A stretch of DNA of 64,000 bases from Candidatus Anstonellales archaeon (GTDB taxonomy: Archaea > Micrarchaeota > Micrarchaeia > Anstonellales > CG1-02-47-40), in assembly GCA_038869735.1 (NCBI GenBank), contig JAWCQO010000004.1, positions 12,455 through 76,454 of the forward strand, given 5' to 3'. This document shows positions 8,225-17,763 of the stretch, in pieces. Both the position numbers and the translations under genes were made by a program. The notes below the pieces were generated by a model. The model was not told where the DNA came from and ran no database searches. It worked only from the letters and a program-made list of their open reading frames with translations. The stretch's first letter is position 1; each line of letters opens with the position of its first letter.

Positions 8225-10768
8225 ATGGAAGACCAAACGGAAGAAAAAGAAGAAAAGCCTTCCTTCTTTAGAAGCCCACTTGTTATTCTAATGGCTGGAA
8301 TAGTAATTTTAGCTTCCATAGCTTATTTTCTTTCAACATTCCTACCCGATTTTTTTGGTTTAGCACAAACAAAACTTGAAGCACCAACACTCCTTAGAGC
8401 TGAGCCTATCTCTGGAGGTATAAAACTTTCCTGGAATGCAGCACCGGCTGTTCCCGACAAATACGTAATCTATAGAAGCACAACTCGTGGAGTTTTGGGC
8501 ACCAGAATTGGAGAAGTTCCATCAAGACTTACTTCATATATAGACCTCCAGGTTTCGCCCGGTAACACCTACTATTATGTAGTAAGATCCTCCCTTGCAA
8601 ACGGAAAAGAAGATGAAAACCTAAATCAGGCTTTTGCAACTTATTCCGGAACAGGTATGTTAGCAGCTCCTTCTTCACTTTCAATCTTAATAAATGGAGG
8701 AAAAACTCACACAAACTCATCTACTGTTATGCTATCCTTATCTGCTGTAAATGCAGATAAGTGCAGGTTCAAAAATGAAAAATCTGATTGGTCCAGCTGG
8801 GAGCAATTTTCATCCACCAAGCAATGGACGCTCTCTCCAGGTGACGGAGCAAAGCAGGTCTCTTTTCAGTGCATGAATCCCTTTGGTGCAGAATCCAAAG
8901 ACGTTTCTGCATACATTACGCTTGATACAGTTCCTCCAGCAATCAAAATATACAAATCAGAAAAAATTCAACGAACAAGAAAATTCAACTTAACCTTTTC
9001 TGTTAAAGACGACACTTCTACGAATCTTGTGTGTAAGGGTTATATAAATGGCTGGGAAACCGACATAAGAACCAAGCCAGAAGCAAATAATACTGTTATT
9101 TTTACGGCCCTCACACCCAAAAATTTAGTCTATGTAAGGTGTTATGATGAAGCAGAAAATTCAGTAGAAAGCCCAATCTCCATATTTGAGGTTGATCCCT
9201 CCCTCTTACAGAATGGGACCAGAATAAAGATAAATGAGGACATGCCTCAAACCAGAAGTATCGCAGTTGAGCTATCGTTATTCTCGCAGGATGCGTATGA
9301 GTGTAGACTGAAGAACTCAGGAGAAACTTTCATTGATTGGGAGCCATACAAGACAAAAAGAAGCTGGACTCTAACATACGGAAATGGAATAAAGGTTGTT
9401 TATTACCAATGCAGAGATATTTTCGGTCAATTGGTTGGCGAAGCACAGGACGACATAATACTATTAAGATCAAATGATGGCCCACGCGGCGGGGGTAGTA
9501 GAAGTGAAGAAGGAGGAGAGGTAGGAGGTACAAGAAGCTCAGGTAATTATACTATTACTATTCCCAATCCCTCTGACCGCCTTCTTTTATTCCTGATAAA
9601 TAATGGGGCCATTTACACCAACTCCAAAGAGGTTATTTTGAATCTTTATCCGAATCCAGTTAGGTATGCCTCTCTTCCACTTTACTGTAGATTCAAAAAC
9701 AACCACACAAACTCAGAATTCTCCTCGTGGTTACCATATACTTCTTCAATTAGATGGAATCTTGATTGGTCAGCCAACCGGAGCATTTTCCCCCAACAAC
9801 CACTTAATAATTACACGGTCCTATACGAGTGCGTCTGGGAATCCAACATAACTGAAAATGGCCAGGACTCAATAATCTATGACCCAAGCGTTCCACAACG
9901 ACCTACTAATCTTTCGGCTACATCTCTTCCTGGAGGCGATATATACCTTTCATGGAGTGGTAGTATACCCTCTTATTCCTTAAGTGGCGAGACACCTTCA
10001 CCAATCATAAAATACAACATTTACAGAAGAGAGTACTTCTCCTCTCGTCAGCCTTCTCCTCTCTTTAATCCCCCCATTTCAAATGCAATAACAAATATTG
10101 AGCAACTTATTAGAGGTTCAATTTTTGCTTTTGAAGAGAAAAAAACTGACGAGTACTTACCTCTTGGATTATTTTTCAAGATTGGTGAATCAAGTTCATT
10201 AGATTGGCTAGATTCAACCAAGTCAATGCAAAACCCTCCACTCAACGGACTTAAGTATGAGTATGTTGTAAAAGCAGAAAACCAAGCAGGAACCGAATCA
10301 GATGAAAGCAACATAGTAACTGCAATCTCAGATTCAACAGCACCAACCATTACTGTTTATTCACCTCAAAATGGTTATATCTATCAACCAGAAAGAGAAA
10401 ATATCGAGTTGCGTTTTAGAGCAACTGAGACGTCTTCACCACCAATATCGTGTGCATACACTCTATTGTCTCCTCCAATAAGAACTAAACCACCATGGCC
10501 GATGCTGAAAACCTATTCGCTGCCTCCTCTTCAATCAGGTAATGAATACCGCGAGTCTCTCAAAGAGAAATTGGAACTTCCTAAGCCCCTGAATTCTACT
10601 ATTACATATTATCTCTCATTAGAATGCAAAGACAGCATAGGTAATAAAATTAAAGAGGAGATAACTTTTCATGTGACTCCTTCAGACCGTACAAGAACCA
10701 AGGACTCAGGCAATTTCCCAACCACTGAAAAACTAACTGGACAAGAACCTGAAAAGCTTGCTTCGTAG
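8225..10768 (+). CDS. Large N-terminally anchored cell-surface protein with a fibronectin-III-like domain and a triplicated Cys-containing module
   Basis: 847 aa. N-terminal TM helix VILMAGIVILASIAYFLSTF. FN3-like segment (IKLSWNAAP...YVIYRS...GNTYYYVV). Three copies of a roughly 45-aa module, CRFKNEKSDWSSWEQF...WTL...QC / CRLKNSGETFIDWEPY...WTL...QC / CRFKNNHTNSEFSSWLPY...WNL...EC. Ribosome-binding site GGTG at 8213-8216. Confidence 0.6.
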   Translation: MEDQTEEKEEKPSFFRSPLVILMAGIVILASIAYFLSTFLPDFFGLAQTKLEAPTLLRAEPISGGIKLSWNAAPAVPDKYVIYRSTTRGVLGTRIGEVPSRLTSYIDLQVSPGNTYYYVVRSSLANGKEDENLNQAFATYSGTGMLAAPSSLSILINGGKTHTNSSTVMLSLSAVNADKCRFKNEKSDWSSWEQFSSTKQWTLSPGDGAKQVSFQCMNPFGAESKDVSAYITLDTVPPAIKIYKSEKIQRTRKFNLTFSVKDDTSTNLVCKGYINGWETDIRTKPEANNTVIFTALTPKNLVYVRCYDEAENSVESPISIFEVDPSLLQNGTRIKINEDMPQTRSIAVELSLFSQDAYECRLKNSGETFIDWEPYKTKRSWTLTYGNGIKVVYYQCRDIFGQLVGEAQDDIILLRSNDGPRGGGSRSEEGGEVGGTRSSGNYTITIPNPSDRLLLFLINNGAIYTNSKEVILNLYPNPVRYASLPLYCRFKNNHTNSEFSSWLPYTSSIRWNLDWSANRSIFPQQPLNNYTVLYECVWESNITENGQDSIIYDPSVPQRPTNLSATSLPGGDIYLSWSGSIPSYSLSGETPSPIIKYNIYRREYFSSRQPSPLFNPPISNAITNIEQLIRGSIFAFEEKKTDEYLPLGLFFKIGESSSLDWLDSTKSMQNPPLNGLKYEYVVKAENQAGTESDESNIVTAISDSTAPTITVYSPQNGYIYQPERENIELRFRATETSSPPISCAYTLLSPPIRTKPPWPMLKTYSLPPLQSGNEYRESLKEKLELPKPLNSTITYYLSLECKDSIGNKIKEEITFHVTPSDRTRTKDSGNFPTTEKLTGQEPEKLAS

Positions 10769-10969
10769 TTATGTTTTTGGAGCCTGTCCCTTCCTAACTT
10801 CCTAACATTTTTTGTTGTATGTGCCTGACGACTTGAGCGGCACAAGAAATAATCTAAAGGTTACGGCGTATCTTTCCTGCATGGTAGTATGTTAATTTCA
10901 GGACTTTTGCTTATTTCCAAAAAACGGAAGAAGCATCAAAGAACAAATCGAAACAAAGTTTACTTTGAG

Positions 10970-11743
10970 TTATTTCGAGGCAGCCATTTTCAGTTCATAA
11001 ATTTTTTTTCTTATATCCCTACCAACCAGTAAGCCTGTCCCTACCAAAATTGCGTCAGCACCTGCATCAATCAACCTTTTCACATCAGTTGGAGAGTTTA
11101 TACCACTTTCAGAAACAACAATCCTATCTGATTTTGTTTTCTCAAGAATCTTGATTGTTGTGTTGATATCTACTTCCATTGTAGCCAAATCTCTATTGTT
11201 TATTCCGATGATGTCTGCCTCTGTTTTTTTAGCTCTCTCAAACTCTTCTACATTGTGGACTTCCAATAAAACCTCTATTTTATCCTCGTGAGCATACGAA
11301 ATGAATTCGTCTGCATCCAAGCGACACAAATCTAATAGTCTTTGAATCAAAAGGACACAGTCACCACTTCCAATCTGTCGCCTATCAATGACAAAATCTT
11401 TCATTAGAACGGGTACTGCCCATTTCTCCTGCAGCAATAATATGTCCCCTTCAAAAATTTTTGGCTCAGTTAAAATTGAAAGCGCGCAAGCACCACCTCT
11501 TACAAATTCTTGAGCGTATCTTTTCATCTCCTCTTTTTTTATCAATCTCCCTTGTGTTGGAGAAAATGGCTTTACCTCTGCAATAATCGGCACTACGCCC
11601 CTTTCTTTTTCTTCTTCTATTGATTCGACAAAAGATTTTCTTTTTTCTTCTCTTAGATGTACATAATACCCAGAATCAACACTCTCTTTTACTTTTGGAA
11701 TAATCTCCTCCAAAAATCCCATAACTAACTCTTTGTAAAGCAA
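10970..11743 (-). CDS. trpC: Indole-3-glycerol phosphate synthase
   Basis: Motifs SILTEP, LMKDFVID, LLEVHNVEE, IIGINNRDL, SESGI and ILVGTGLL match the IGPS TIM-barrel. True start may be the internal Met (MGFLEE). Confidence 0.7.
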   Translation of the reverse strand: MLYKELVMGFLEEIIPKVKESVDSGYYVHLREEKRKSFVESIEEEKERGVVPIIAEVKPFSPTQGRLIKKEEMKRYAQEFVRGGACALSILTEPKIFEGDILLLQEKWAVPVLMKDFVIDRRQIGSGDCVLLIQRLLDLCRLDADEFISYAHEDKIEVLLEVHNVEEFERAKKTEADIIGINNRDLATMEVDINTTIKILEKTKSDRIVVSESGINSPTDVKRLIDAGADAILVGTGLLVGRDIRKKIYELKMAASK

Positions 11744-11769
11744 GAGTATAAAAATAAATTTCTCTTTTT

Positions 11770-12906
11770 TTGTTTTTCAAAGGCAACATTAAAGAAACAT
11801 TTTTAAATCTTTTAGTAGCATATGATGTTGGCGATCCAGTTATGGATAGTTTGATAAAATCGGTAATTGGTGAGCGAGAGCCCGCTCAAAACGAAGTATT
11901 CGGCTCTGACCAAATTAAAATTGTGACTGTAGGAGTTGGCGGTGCAGGAAATAACACGATAAACCGCCTTATACGTGCAGGCGTAAAAGGAACAGAACTC
12001 GTTGCTGTAAATACAGATCGACAGCACCTCAATCAAATACACGAAAAAGCACACAAAGTCCTTATTGGAAAAAGCATTACTAAGGGTTTGGGTGCAGGCG
12101 GATATCCAGAAACAGGTGCAAAAGCCGCAGAAGTTGATAGGGCACTTTTGGAGAAGGAACTTGAAGGTGCGCACTTAGTTTTCCTCTGCGCAGGAATGGG
12201 TGGCGGGACAGGAACAGGAGCAGCTCCGGTGATAGCTCAGATTGCAAAGGAACAGGGCGCAATCACCGTTGCAATGGTTACCTACCCATTTAACCTTGAA
12301 AGAGCACGAAAGCTTAAAGCTGACGAAGGAATTGCAAATCTAAGAAAAAACGTAGACTCTGTAATCATTCTTGACAATAATAGATTGGTAAAGCTAGTTC
12401 CCAATCTTCCAATGAACGAAGCTTTCTCAGTTGCAGATGAAATTCTTGCGAAAGCAATTGGAGGACTCGTATGGACAATTACGCAGCCTTCATTAATAAA
12501 CATAGATTTTGCAGATGTGCGTGCAATTGTTCAGGGAGGAGGAGTTGGATTTATTGCAGTTGGAGAAGGCAAAGGGACCGATAAGGTCAGAGGGGCTGCT
12601 GAGGGTGTGCTTCGCAATAAGCTGTTGGATGTAGATTACGAAGGCGCAAACGGAGCACTCATCCACATATCTGGAGGAGCAGACCTTACGCTTGGTGATG
12701 CGATAAAGGCAGGAGAGATAATAACAGAAAAGATGGACACGCAAGCCAACATAAAATGGGGAGCACGTTTGATACCTGGCTATGACGGAAAGTTAGAAAT
12801 AGTAGCTATAGTAACAGGAGTCAAGGGCGCCTCGGTGCTGGGCATGTCCTTTGAAGATGTCTCAGCAAAAAAGGTTACTTACGACGATATAGAAATAATC
12901 GGGTGA
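11770..12906 (+). CDS. ftsZ: Cell division GTPase FtsZ (paralog 1)
   Basis: Tubulin/FtsZ motifs [13 protein letters not shown] and [13 protein letters not shown] (T4 loop), plus NTD. Start may instead be the Met at 11842. An AT box TATAAAAA lies at 11749-11756. Confidence 0.9.
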   Translation: MFFKGNIKETFLNLLVAYDVGDPVMDSLIKSVIGEREPAQNEVFGSDQIKIVTVGVGGAGNNTINRLIRAGVKGTELVAVNTDRQHLNQIHEKAHKVLIGKSITKGLGAGGYPETGAKAAEVDRALLEKELEGAHLVFLCAGMGGGTGTGAAPVIAQIAKEQGAITVAMVTYPFNLERARKLKADEGIANLRKNVDSVIILDNNRLVKLVPNLPMNEAFSVADEILAKAIGGLVWTITQPSLINIDFADVRAIVQGGGVGFIAVGEGKGTDKVRGAAEGVLRNKLLDVDYEGANGALIHISGGADLTLGDAIKAGEIITEKMDTQANIKWGARLIPGYDGKLEIVAIVTGVKGASVLGMSFEDVSAKKVTYDDIEIIG

Positions 12907-12907
12907 G

Positions 12908-13978
12908 GTGACTATAATGCTTGAAGGATTTTTGCATTCTGCCCTTGAACACAACAACCCTCCAAACGAAGATGCAGTAGGAGACAATGACATAAGGATA
13001 GCAGTTGTAGGAGTCGGTGGTGGCGGTTGCAATACCATTCATCGCCTTATGCAATCAAACCTTAAAAGTGCAACCACAATTGCAGTTAACACAGATCATC
13101 TCCATCTACGAAGTATATCGGCTCACAAGAGAATCTTAATAGGCCAATCGATAACAAAGGGTCTTGGTGCTGGGGGTTTTCCAGAGGTAGGACAAAAGTG
13201 TGCAGAGATATCAAAAGACAAGCTTTCTGAAGTGCTATCCGAAAATGACCTTGTTTTCCTCTGCGCAGGAATGGGTGGCGGGACAGGAACAGGAGCAGCT
13301 CCTGTAGTAGCACAAGTTGCAAAGGAACAGGGCGCAATAGTAGTTGCTATTGTTACATACCCCTTCAATCTGGAGCGTATAAGAATACAAAAAGCCCAAT
13401 GGGGACTTTCCCATTTGACGAAGGTATGCGATACCGTTGTGGTAATTGACAATAACCGGCTAGTCCAATATGCACCAAATATTCCGATAAATGATGCATT
13501 TAATTTAGCAGATAACATTACTGGAAGAGCAGTTAAGGGAATCTGTGACACAATAATGTTTCCGTCTCTCATGAATATTGACTATGCAGACGTAAAATCA
13601 GTAATGGAGGAAGGCGGAGTTTCACTTATCTCTGTTGGCGAAGGAAAGGGACCGGATAGAGTTGAGAAAGTTGTAAAGAGTACTCTTGAACACCCTCTTC
13701 TTGATGTTGACTACGAAGGAGCAAGGGGAGCTCTTTTACATATCGGAGGCGGTTCCAGCCTAACACTCGGAGAAGCAATAGAGATTGGCGAAAAGCTAAC
13801 TGAAGCATTTGACAAAAATGCAAATGTCAAAATGGGAGCAAGACTGACTCCAGAATACGGGGAGGATGTTTCCGTGACGGCTATAGTCACAGGCCTAAAA
13901 CAGACTCCTTCAATATTCAGTCAGCAAACAACAGACGCCGACGAGGTAAAGGGATTAGAAGAGCTATCTCTCCTATAG
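12908..13978 (+). CDS. ftsZ: Cell division GTPase FtsZ (paralog 2)
   Basis: GVGGGGCNTIHRL and [13 protein letters not shown]. Follows paralog 1 by 1 nt. Likely ATG start at 12917, preceded by GGTGA at 12905-12911. Confidence 0.9.
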   Translation: MTIMLEGFLHSALEHNNPPNEDAVGDNDIRIAVVGVGGGGCNTIHRLMQSNLKSATTIAVNTDHLHLRSISAHKRILIGQSITKGLGAGGFPEVGQKCAEISKDKLSEVLSENDLVFLCAGMGGGTGTGAAPVVAQVAKEQGAIVVAIVTYPFNLERIRIQKAQWGLSHLTKVCDTVVVIDNNRLVQYAPNIPINDAFNLADNITGRAVKGICDTIMFPSLMNIDYADVKSVMEEGGVSLISVGEGKGPDRVEKVVKSTLEHPLLDVDYEGARGALLHIGGGSSLTLGEAIEIGEKLTEAFDKNANVKMGARLTPEYGEDVSVTAIVTGLKQTPSIFSQQTTDADEVKGLEELSLL

Positions 13979-14037
13979 GTTCTAGAATATGGTCCGTAAC
14001 TGGATTCCATAACTGGATCGATCATCTGACTCCCCTT

Positions 14038-14075
14038 CCTTTTTCTTTTCCTTTTTTTGTTGGTTTTTATCTTTA
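14038..14075 (+). terminator. T-rich tract downstream of ftsZ2 (putative archaeal oligo-T terminator)
   Basis: cctttttcttttcctttttttgttggttttt lies immediately after the stop codon. Confidence 0.3.
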
Positions 14076-14207
14076 AACAGAACCTATCTCAAAAAGAAGA
14101 AAAGATTTTTCGACTTCATCAAGAAATTCACAGTACTTGAACTTAGAGTATAACGCACTTTACAGTTAATGCACTTTTTACCTTTATCCTTTGAAATATA
14201 ATTAGTG

Positions 14208-14279
14208 TGGACGGAGAGGGATTTGAACCCTCGGCCTCTTCGTTGCGAACGAAGCGATCTACCTCTGATCTACCCGCCC
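14208..14279 (-). tRNA. tRNA-Ala (anticodon CGC)
   Basis: Folded by hand on the minus strand. Acceptor stem GGGCGGG/UCCGUCC with the G3:U70 Ala identity pair. D arm GAUC/GAUC. Anticodon loop UUCGCAA. T arm GAGGG-UUCAAAU-CCCUC. Discriminator A. No encoded CCA. Confidence 0.8.
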
Positions 14280-14334
14280 ACCTGTCCCCACATGTCATTT
14301 CATTTATATTTGATGGGGTTTAAATATTTCATTA

Positions 14335-14979
14335 ATGAAATCAGCAGTTCTTTTTTCTGGCGGTAAGGATTCAACTATGGCAGCTTTTTTCTCATTGTTT
14401 CAAGGATGGAATACAACTCTAATTTGCGTCCAATCAGAAGAGGATTCTTATATGTTTCATCATCCAAATACCGACTTTTGTAAATTACAAGCGCACTCAA
14501 TGGGCTTGCCTATACACTATATACGAACAAACAAGGCGCGCGAGTTGGCTGACCTTAAAGCTCATCTTGAAAAGATCAAAACAGATTGCATAGTATCTGG
14601 AGCTGTGGCTTCAGAATATCAAAAACAACGCATAGACGTTATAGCTGAAGAACTAAACATCCCTTCTTTTTCTCCGTTATGGCACAAGGGAACCCAAATT
14701 CTGGAGGAAATTGCCCAATATCTTGAAATCTACATCGTTCACGTAGCTGCCGATGGTTTAGGAAGTGAGCTGCTTGGAAAAAGGCTGACCCTTACCGAAA
14801 TATATAATCTTTCAAAACTAAACATCCATCCTTTTTTTGAAGGTGGAGAAGGAGAAACTTTTGTTTCAGATGCTCCGTTTTTTAGAGAACGATTGGAAGT
14901 ACTAGCGTGGGATTACCTTTGTGGTTCAACTCATTTCACCGCTAAGATATCAAAGATACGTGTTCATAAAAAATTCTAA
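14335..14979 (+). CDS. PP-loop ATP pyrophosphatase, diphthine-ammonia ligase (Dph6/MJ0570)-like
   Basis: N-terminal SGGKDS PP-loop at residues 8-13 and a 214-aa length typical of the archaeal DUF71/Dph6 N-domain. Confidence 0.6.
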   Translation: MKSAVLFSGGKDSTMAAFFSLFQGWNTTLICVQSEEDSYMFHHPNTDFCKLQAHSMGLPIHYIRTNKARELADLKAHLEKIKTDCIVSGAVASEYQKQRIDVIAEELNIPSFSPLWHKGTQILEEIAQYLEIYIVHVAADGLGSELLGKRLTLTEIYNLSKLNIHPFFEGGEGETFVSDAPFFRERLEVLAWDYLCGSTHFTAKISKIRVHKKF

Positions 14980-15671
14980 CTCACCCTTTCCAATCGATCT
15001 ATAATATCATCCAACTCGCTTCCATACATTTCCTTTATTTTGACAGTGGCTTGGACGTTAATGTTCACAGGTATCTCTTTTTTTATCTTTATCCCATATC
15101 TGCTTCCGTTTTGGGTGTCTACGAATATTTCCTGCCTAATTGGGAGAGTCTGTCCAAACTTAAACTCAGTAACCTGTCCTGTTGTGGAAATCGCAGTAAC
15201 CTTCTCAGGCAGCTTCAGATTAAATAAAACAGGAATCCTAAAATTTGGGGGGAATACTTCATCCAATGGTATCTCTTCTTCGATTTGCACAGTCGTTCTA
15301 ATGGGGGATGAAGATAAAATCACGTCCTTTGCCTGAAGCGCTTTTAAATCAGCAATTATCGCAGGAAGCTCAGACCTAATTTTTCCACTTCCTCCAATAT
15401 CAACGATGTTTAGTACAAGAGATATCAAGGCAAGTACAAAGGCTGCCCCAGCCAGGATTTCAGCTTTTTTCAAATTATCTTTGCTCTCTATTCTTTTTTC
15501 GCCATACTCCCTTTTGATAGGAGCAGAAAAATCGCTCTTACTGCCAGATAATGATTGGGGGATTTTTGCTACTCCTAACTTTTTATCAGTTGAGCTGTCT
15601 TTTCTTTTAGATTGTCCATACAATATGCCGGCAGGTTGATCCGAATATTCCTCCTCTGCCACAAACACCAC
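14976..15671 (-). CDS. Bitopic membrane protein; last gene of the paralog-array operon
   Basis: 231 aa. Acidic/basic disordered N-terminal region, a single TM helix (AEILAGAAFVLALISLVLNIV), and a C-terminal domain of roughly 130 aa. Lies 13 nt downstream of the preceding operon gene. Confidence 0.5.
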   Translation of the reverse strand: MVFVAEEEYSDQPAGILYGQSKRKDSSTDKKLGVAKIPQSLSGSKSDFSAPIKREYGEKRIESKDNLKKAEILAGAAFVLALISLVLNIVDIGGSGKIRSELPAIIADLKALQAKDVILSSSPIRTTVQIEEEIPLDEVFPPNFRIPVLFNLKLPEKVTAISTTGQVTEFKFGQTLPIRQEIFVDTQNGSRYGIKIKKEIPVNINVQATVKIKEMYGSELDDIIDRLERVS

Positions 15672-15684
15672 CTCAAAATCAAAA

Positions 15685-16683
15685 TCATATTAATTTTATA
15701 AGCCCTCTTCCAAGCTCAGCAAGATCTGCTGAAAATAAGGCAGACGTGCTTCTAATAAAGGTAAACGTAATTATCAATGCCACTACTGGAAAAAATGTTG
15801 ATTGAAGATACAAAATAGAAACGTTTTCGCCTATATGAAAGATAAGACTGGTCCAGCTTGGAAGATTCTGTCCAACGTCCCTTGCTATTAAATTGTAACC
15901 AGCGATATCATCGGGGCAAATTCTTCTATCATATATTTCAACGTTACCAATACTGGTACAGAACTCATCAGCGCTACCTTGAATCGCTACGAGAATAACA
16001 TAAGACATAGGGAAAACAAAGAAGCACCCTATAGCGAGGGCAATAAGAAAACCTCCCAATCCACGCGAGATTGGAAAGACTCTAAGTATAAGGCCTGCTG
16101 GAAGAAACAAGTTTAGCATTGAGACCTCAAAGAATACAAGTAGATTGTATATAATATATTGAAACATAATAATCCACAAAAGCTTCTTTGTAACGTAATC
16201 ACCGAGGCTTACAACAGACGAAATGACTGTTGAGGATAGATTCCATCCTTCTGCTCCAGAAGAATCCACAGAAAATGTTTCAAATGGTTTCACAAACAAC
16301 ATTATAGAATAAATACTCGAATATGCTAAAGTTTCACATTCAATAACGTTTCTAATATATCCTTTTGCTAAATCAAATGGCCCAGTAACGGGTCCGGGAT
16401 TAACGTTTCCTCCGGTTACAGAATAAATCACAATACCAGATATTTCGTATGAAATATTCCACAAAAATGATATTACCCCTATTATGCAAAAAACAATAAG
16501 AAACCCTACCAATACCTGAGAATACTCACTCTTTGCCCATTTCTTAACGTTTTGTAGGTTTAATCCTATTGAAATCATATAGATAACTGTAGTTATAAAA
16601 AATGTCACTAGCAAAGCAAGAATATTGATAACATACCAATCCTGGAAGAAAACCCGGTGAAATATCTCTATTGGATTTAGCAC
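15685..16683 (-). CDS. Polytopic membrane protein, paralog 1 of six (unassigned family)
   Basis: 332 aa, multi-TM. Shares the N-terminal block K.WAKSE, the core motif LPAGLILRVFPISRGLGGFLIALAIGCFFVFP, and a C-terminal ...GLIKLI tail with the five upstream genes. Confidence 0.6.
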   Translation of the reverse strand: MLNPIEIFHRVFFQDWYVINILALLVTFFITTVIYMISIGLNLQNVKKWAKSEYSQVLVGFLIVFCIIGVISFLWNISYEISGIVIYSVTGGNVNPGPVTGPFDLAKGYIRNVIECETLAYSSIYSIMLFVKPFETFSVDSSGAEGWNLSSTVISSVVSLGDYVTKKLLWIIMFQYIIYNLLVFFEVSMLNLFLPAGLILRVFPISRGLGGFLIALAIGCFFVFPMSYVILVAIQGSADEFCTSIGNVEIYDRRICPDDIAGYNLIARDVGQNLPSWTSLIFHIGENVSILYLQSTFFPVVALIITFTFIRSTSALFSADLAELGRGLIKLI

Positions 16684-17760
16684 TTATATCATCCTCAATA
16701 TAGTTGATAAATCCATTTCCTCTCCAAGAAGCATCGTAAAGTCCCGGATAAAAGGAATAAAAACAGCAAAATTTATTGCTGGAAGAAATACACTTGCAAT
16801 AAATATATAAAAAGCAAGGGACACTATATAAAATAGCTTTATTGATATACTTCCGCTATAGCGGTTTATATTTATGCCTTGATAACCATCTCTACTCAAG
16901 TTTTCTGCTTCCCCATAATTCCCTTGCGCAATTCTCCCTCCCTCTACTTCTTCCCATATCCCCCTGTATTCCTGACTGGTTTGAGGCTCATCTAATCTTT
17001 CAAATATCCCTGTCTGACTTCCGCGGATTATAAAGTCATTTATCACCAACATTGCAGGATAAATAAGAAAGACTCCAAATGAAAAAGCAATAAGTGAGCC
17101 CCCAAAAAGTCTAGTTGGCTCAAATGCGCGGAGCAAGACCCCGATTGGAAACAGATACGTAAGCGTAGCTATAGAGAGATACTCCAAAATCTTTATTTGC
17201 ATAATGACAAATAATAGAGAGGTAGCTATTCCTTGAGCTACAATCGAGAATATTTGAATTAATATGTTTAGACCAGCCGCCGGTCTTAGAGAAAAGCCCA
17301 TCCCCAAAGGGATGGCATTATGATGAACCCCCGCCATAGTTTGAAAAACCCAATACACAGCACCAACATATACTAAGGCTTGCAGATTCTTTTTTCTTAT
17401 GTATCCCAAGTAATCATATGTGAGGTCATAGAAATTCATATTTTGAAATCGAGCGTCATTGTATCTTTCTCCAAAGATTAACCCCATCTTAGACGGCTTT
17501 AATTCGCACATCAGACCGACTGTTCCAACAGCAACAACAGCAATTGCAGCTGTCACTAAAAGTTGAACGAGCTCTGCCCTACTCCAAACCTCAAGTTGCT
17601 GATTTCTAAAGAATTTTGATGCCATAAATATTAGCGAGAGAATCCCGCTAGATATTAAGACTGCAAGTGCAACGTTGACTCTCCAATCCTGCCAGAAAAA
17701 AGAATAAGTTGAAGCTATCTGCCCGCCTGTCATGCATACATTAAATACAAAATCCGCCAT
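16684..17760 (-). CDS. Polytopic membrane protein, paralog 2 of six
   Basis: 358 aa. Core motif FPIGVLLRAFEPTRLFGGSLIAFSFGVFLIYP. C-terminal tail ...LSTILRMI. Abuts paralog 1 with no gap. Confidence 0.6.
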   Translation of the reverse strand: MADFVFNVCMTGGQIASTYSFFWQDWRVNVALAVLISSGILSLIFMASKFFRNQQLEVWSRAELVQLLVTAAIAVVAVGTVGLMCELKPSKMGLIFGERYNDARFQNMNFYDLTYDYLGYIRKKNLQALVYVGAVYWVFQTMAGVHHNAIPLGMGFSLRPAAGLNILIQIFSIVAQGIATSLLFVIMQIKILEYLSIATLTYLFPIGVLLRAFEPTRLFGGSLIAFSFGVFLIYPAMLVINDFIIRGSQTGIFERLDEPQTSQEYRGIWEEVEGGRIAQGNYGEAENLSRDGYQGININRYSGSISIKLFYIVSLAFYIFIASVFLPAINFAVFIPFIRDFTMLLGEEMDLSTILRMI

Positions 17761-17763
17761 CGC

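Noticed and set aside
8014-8271. 85-aa ORF upstream of the 847-aa surface protein
   Set aside because: It sits in the AT-rich promoter region, has a hydrophobic low-complexity translation, and overlaps the real gene's RBS and start.
12080-12262. Antisense ORFs inside both ftsZ genes (12080-12262 and 13086-13337) with nearly identical protein sequences
   Set aside because: The similarity is a consequence of the conserved ftsZ nucleotide block on the opposite strand. There is no independent coding evidence.
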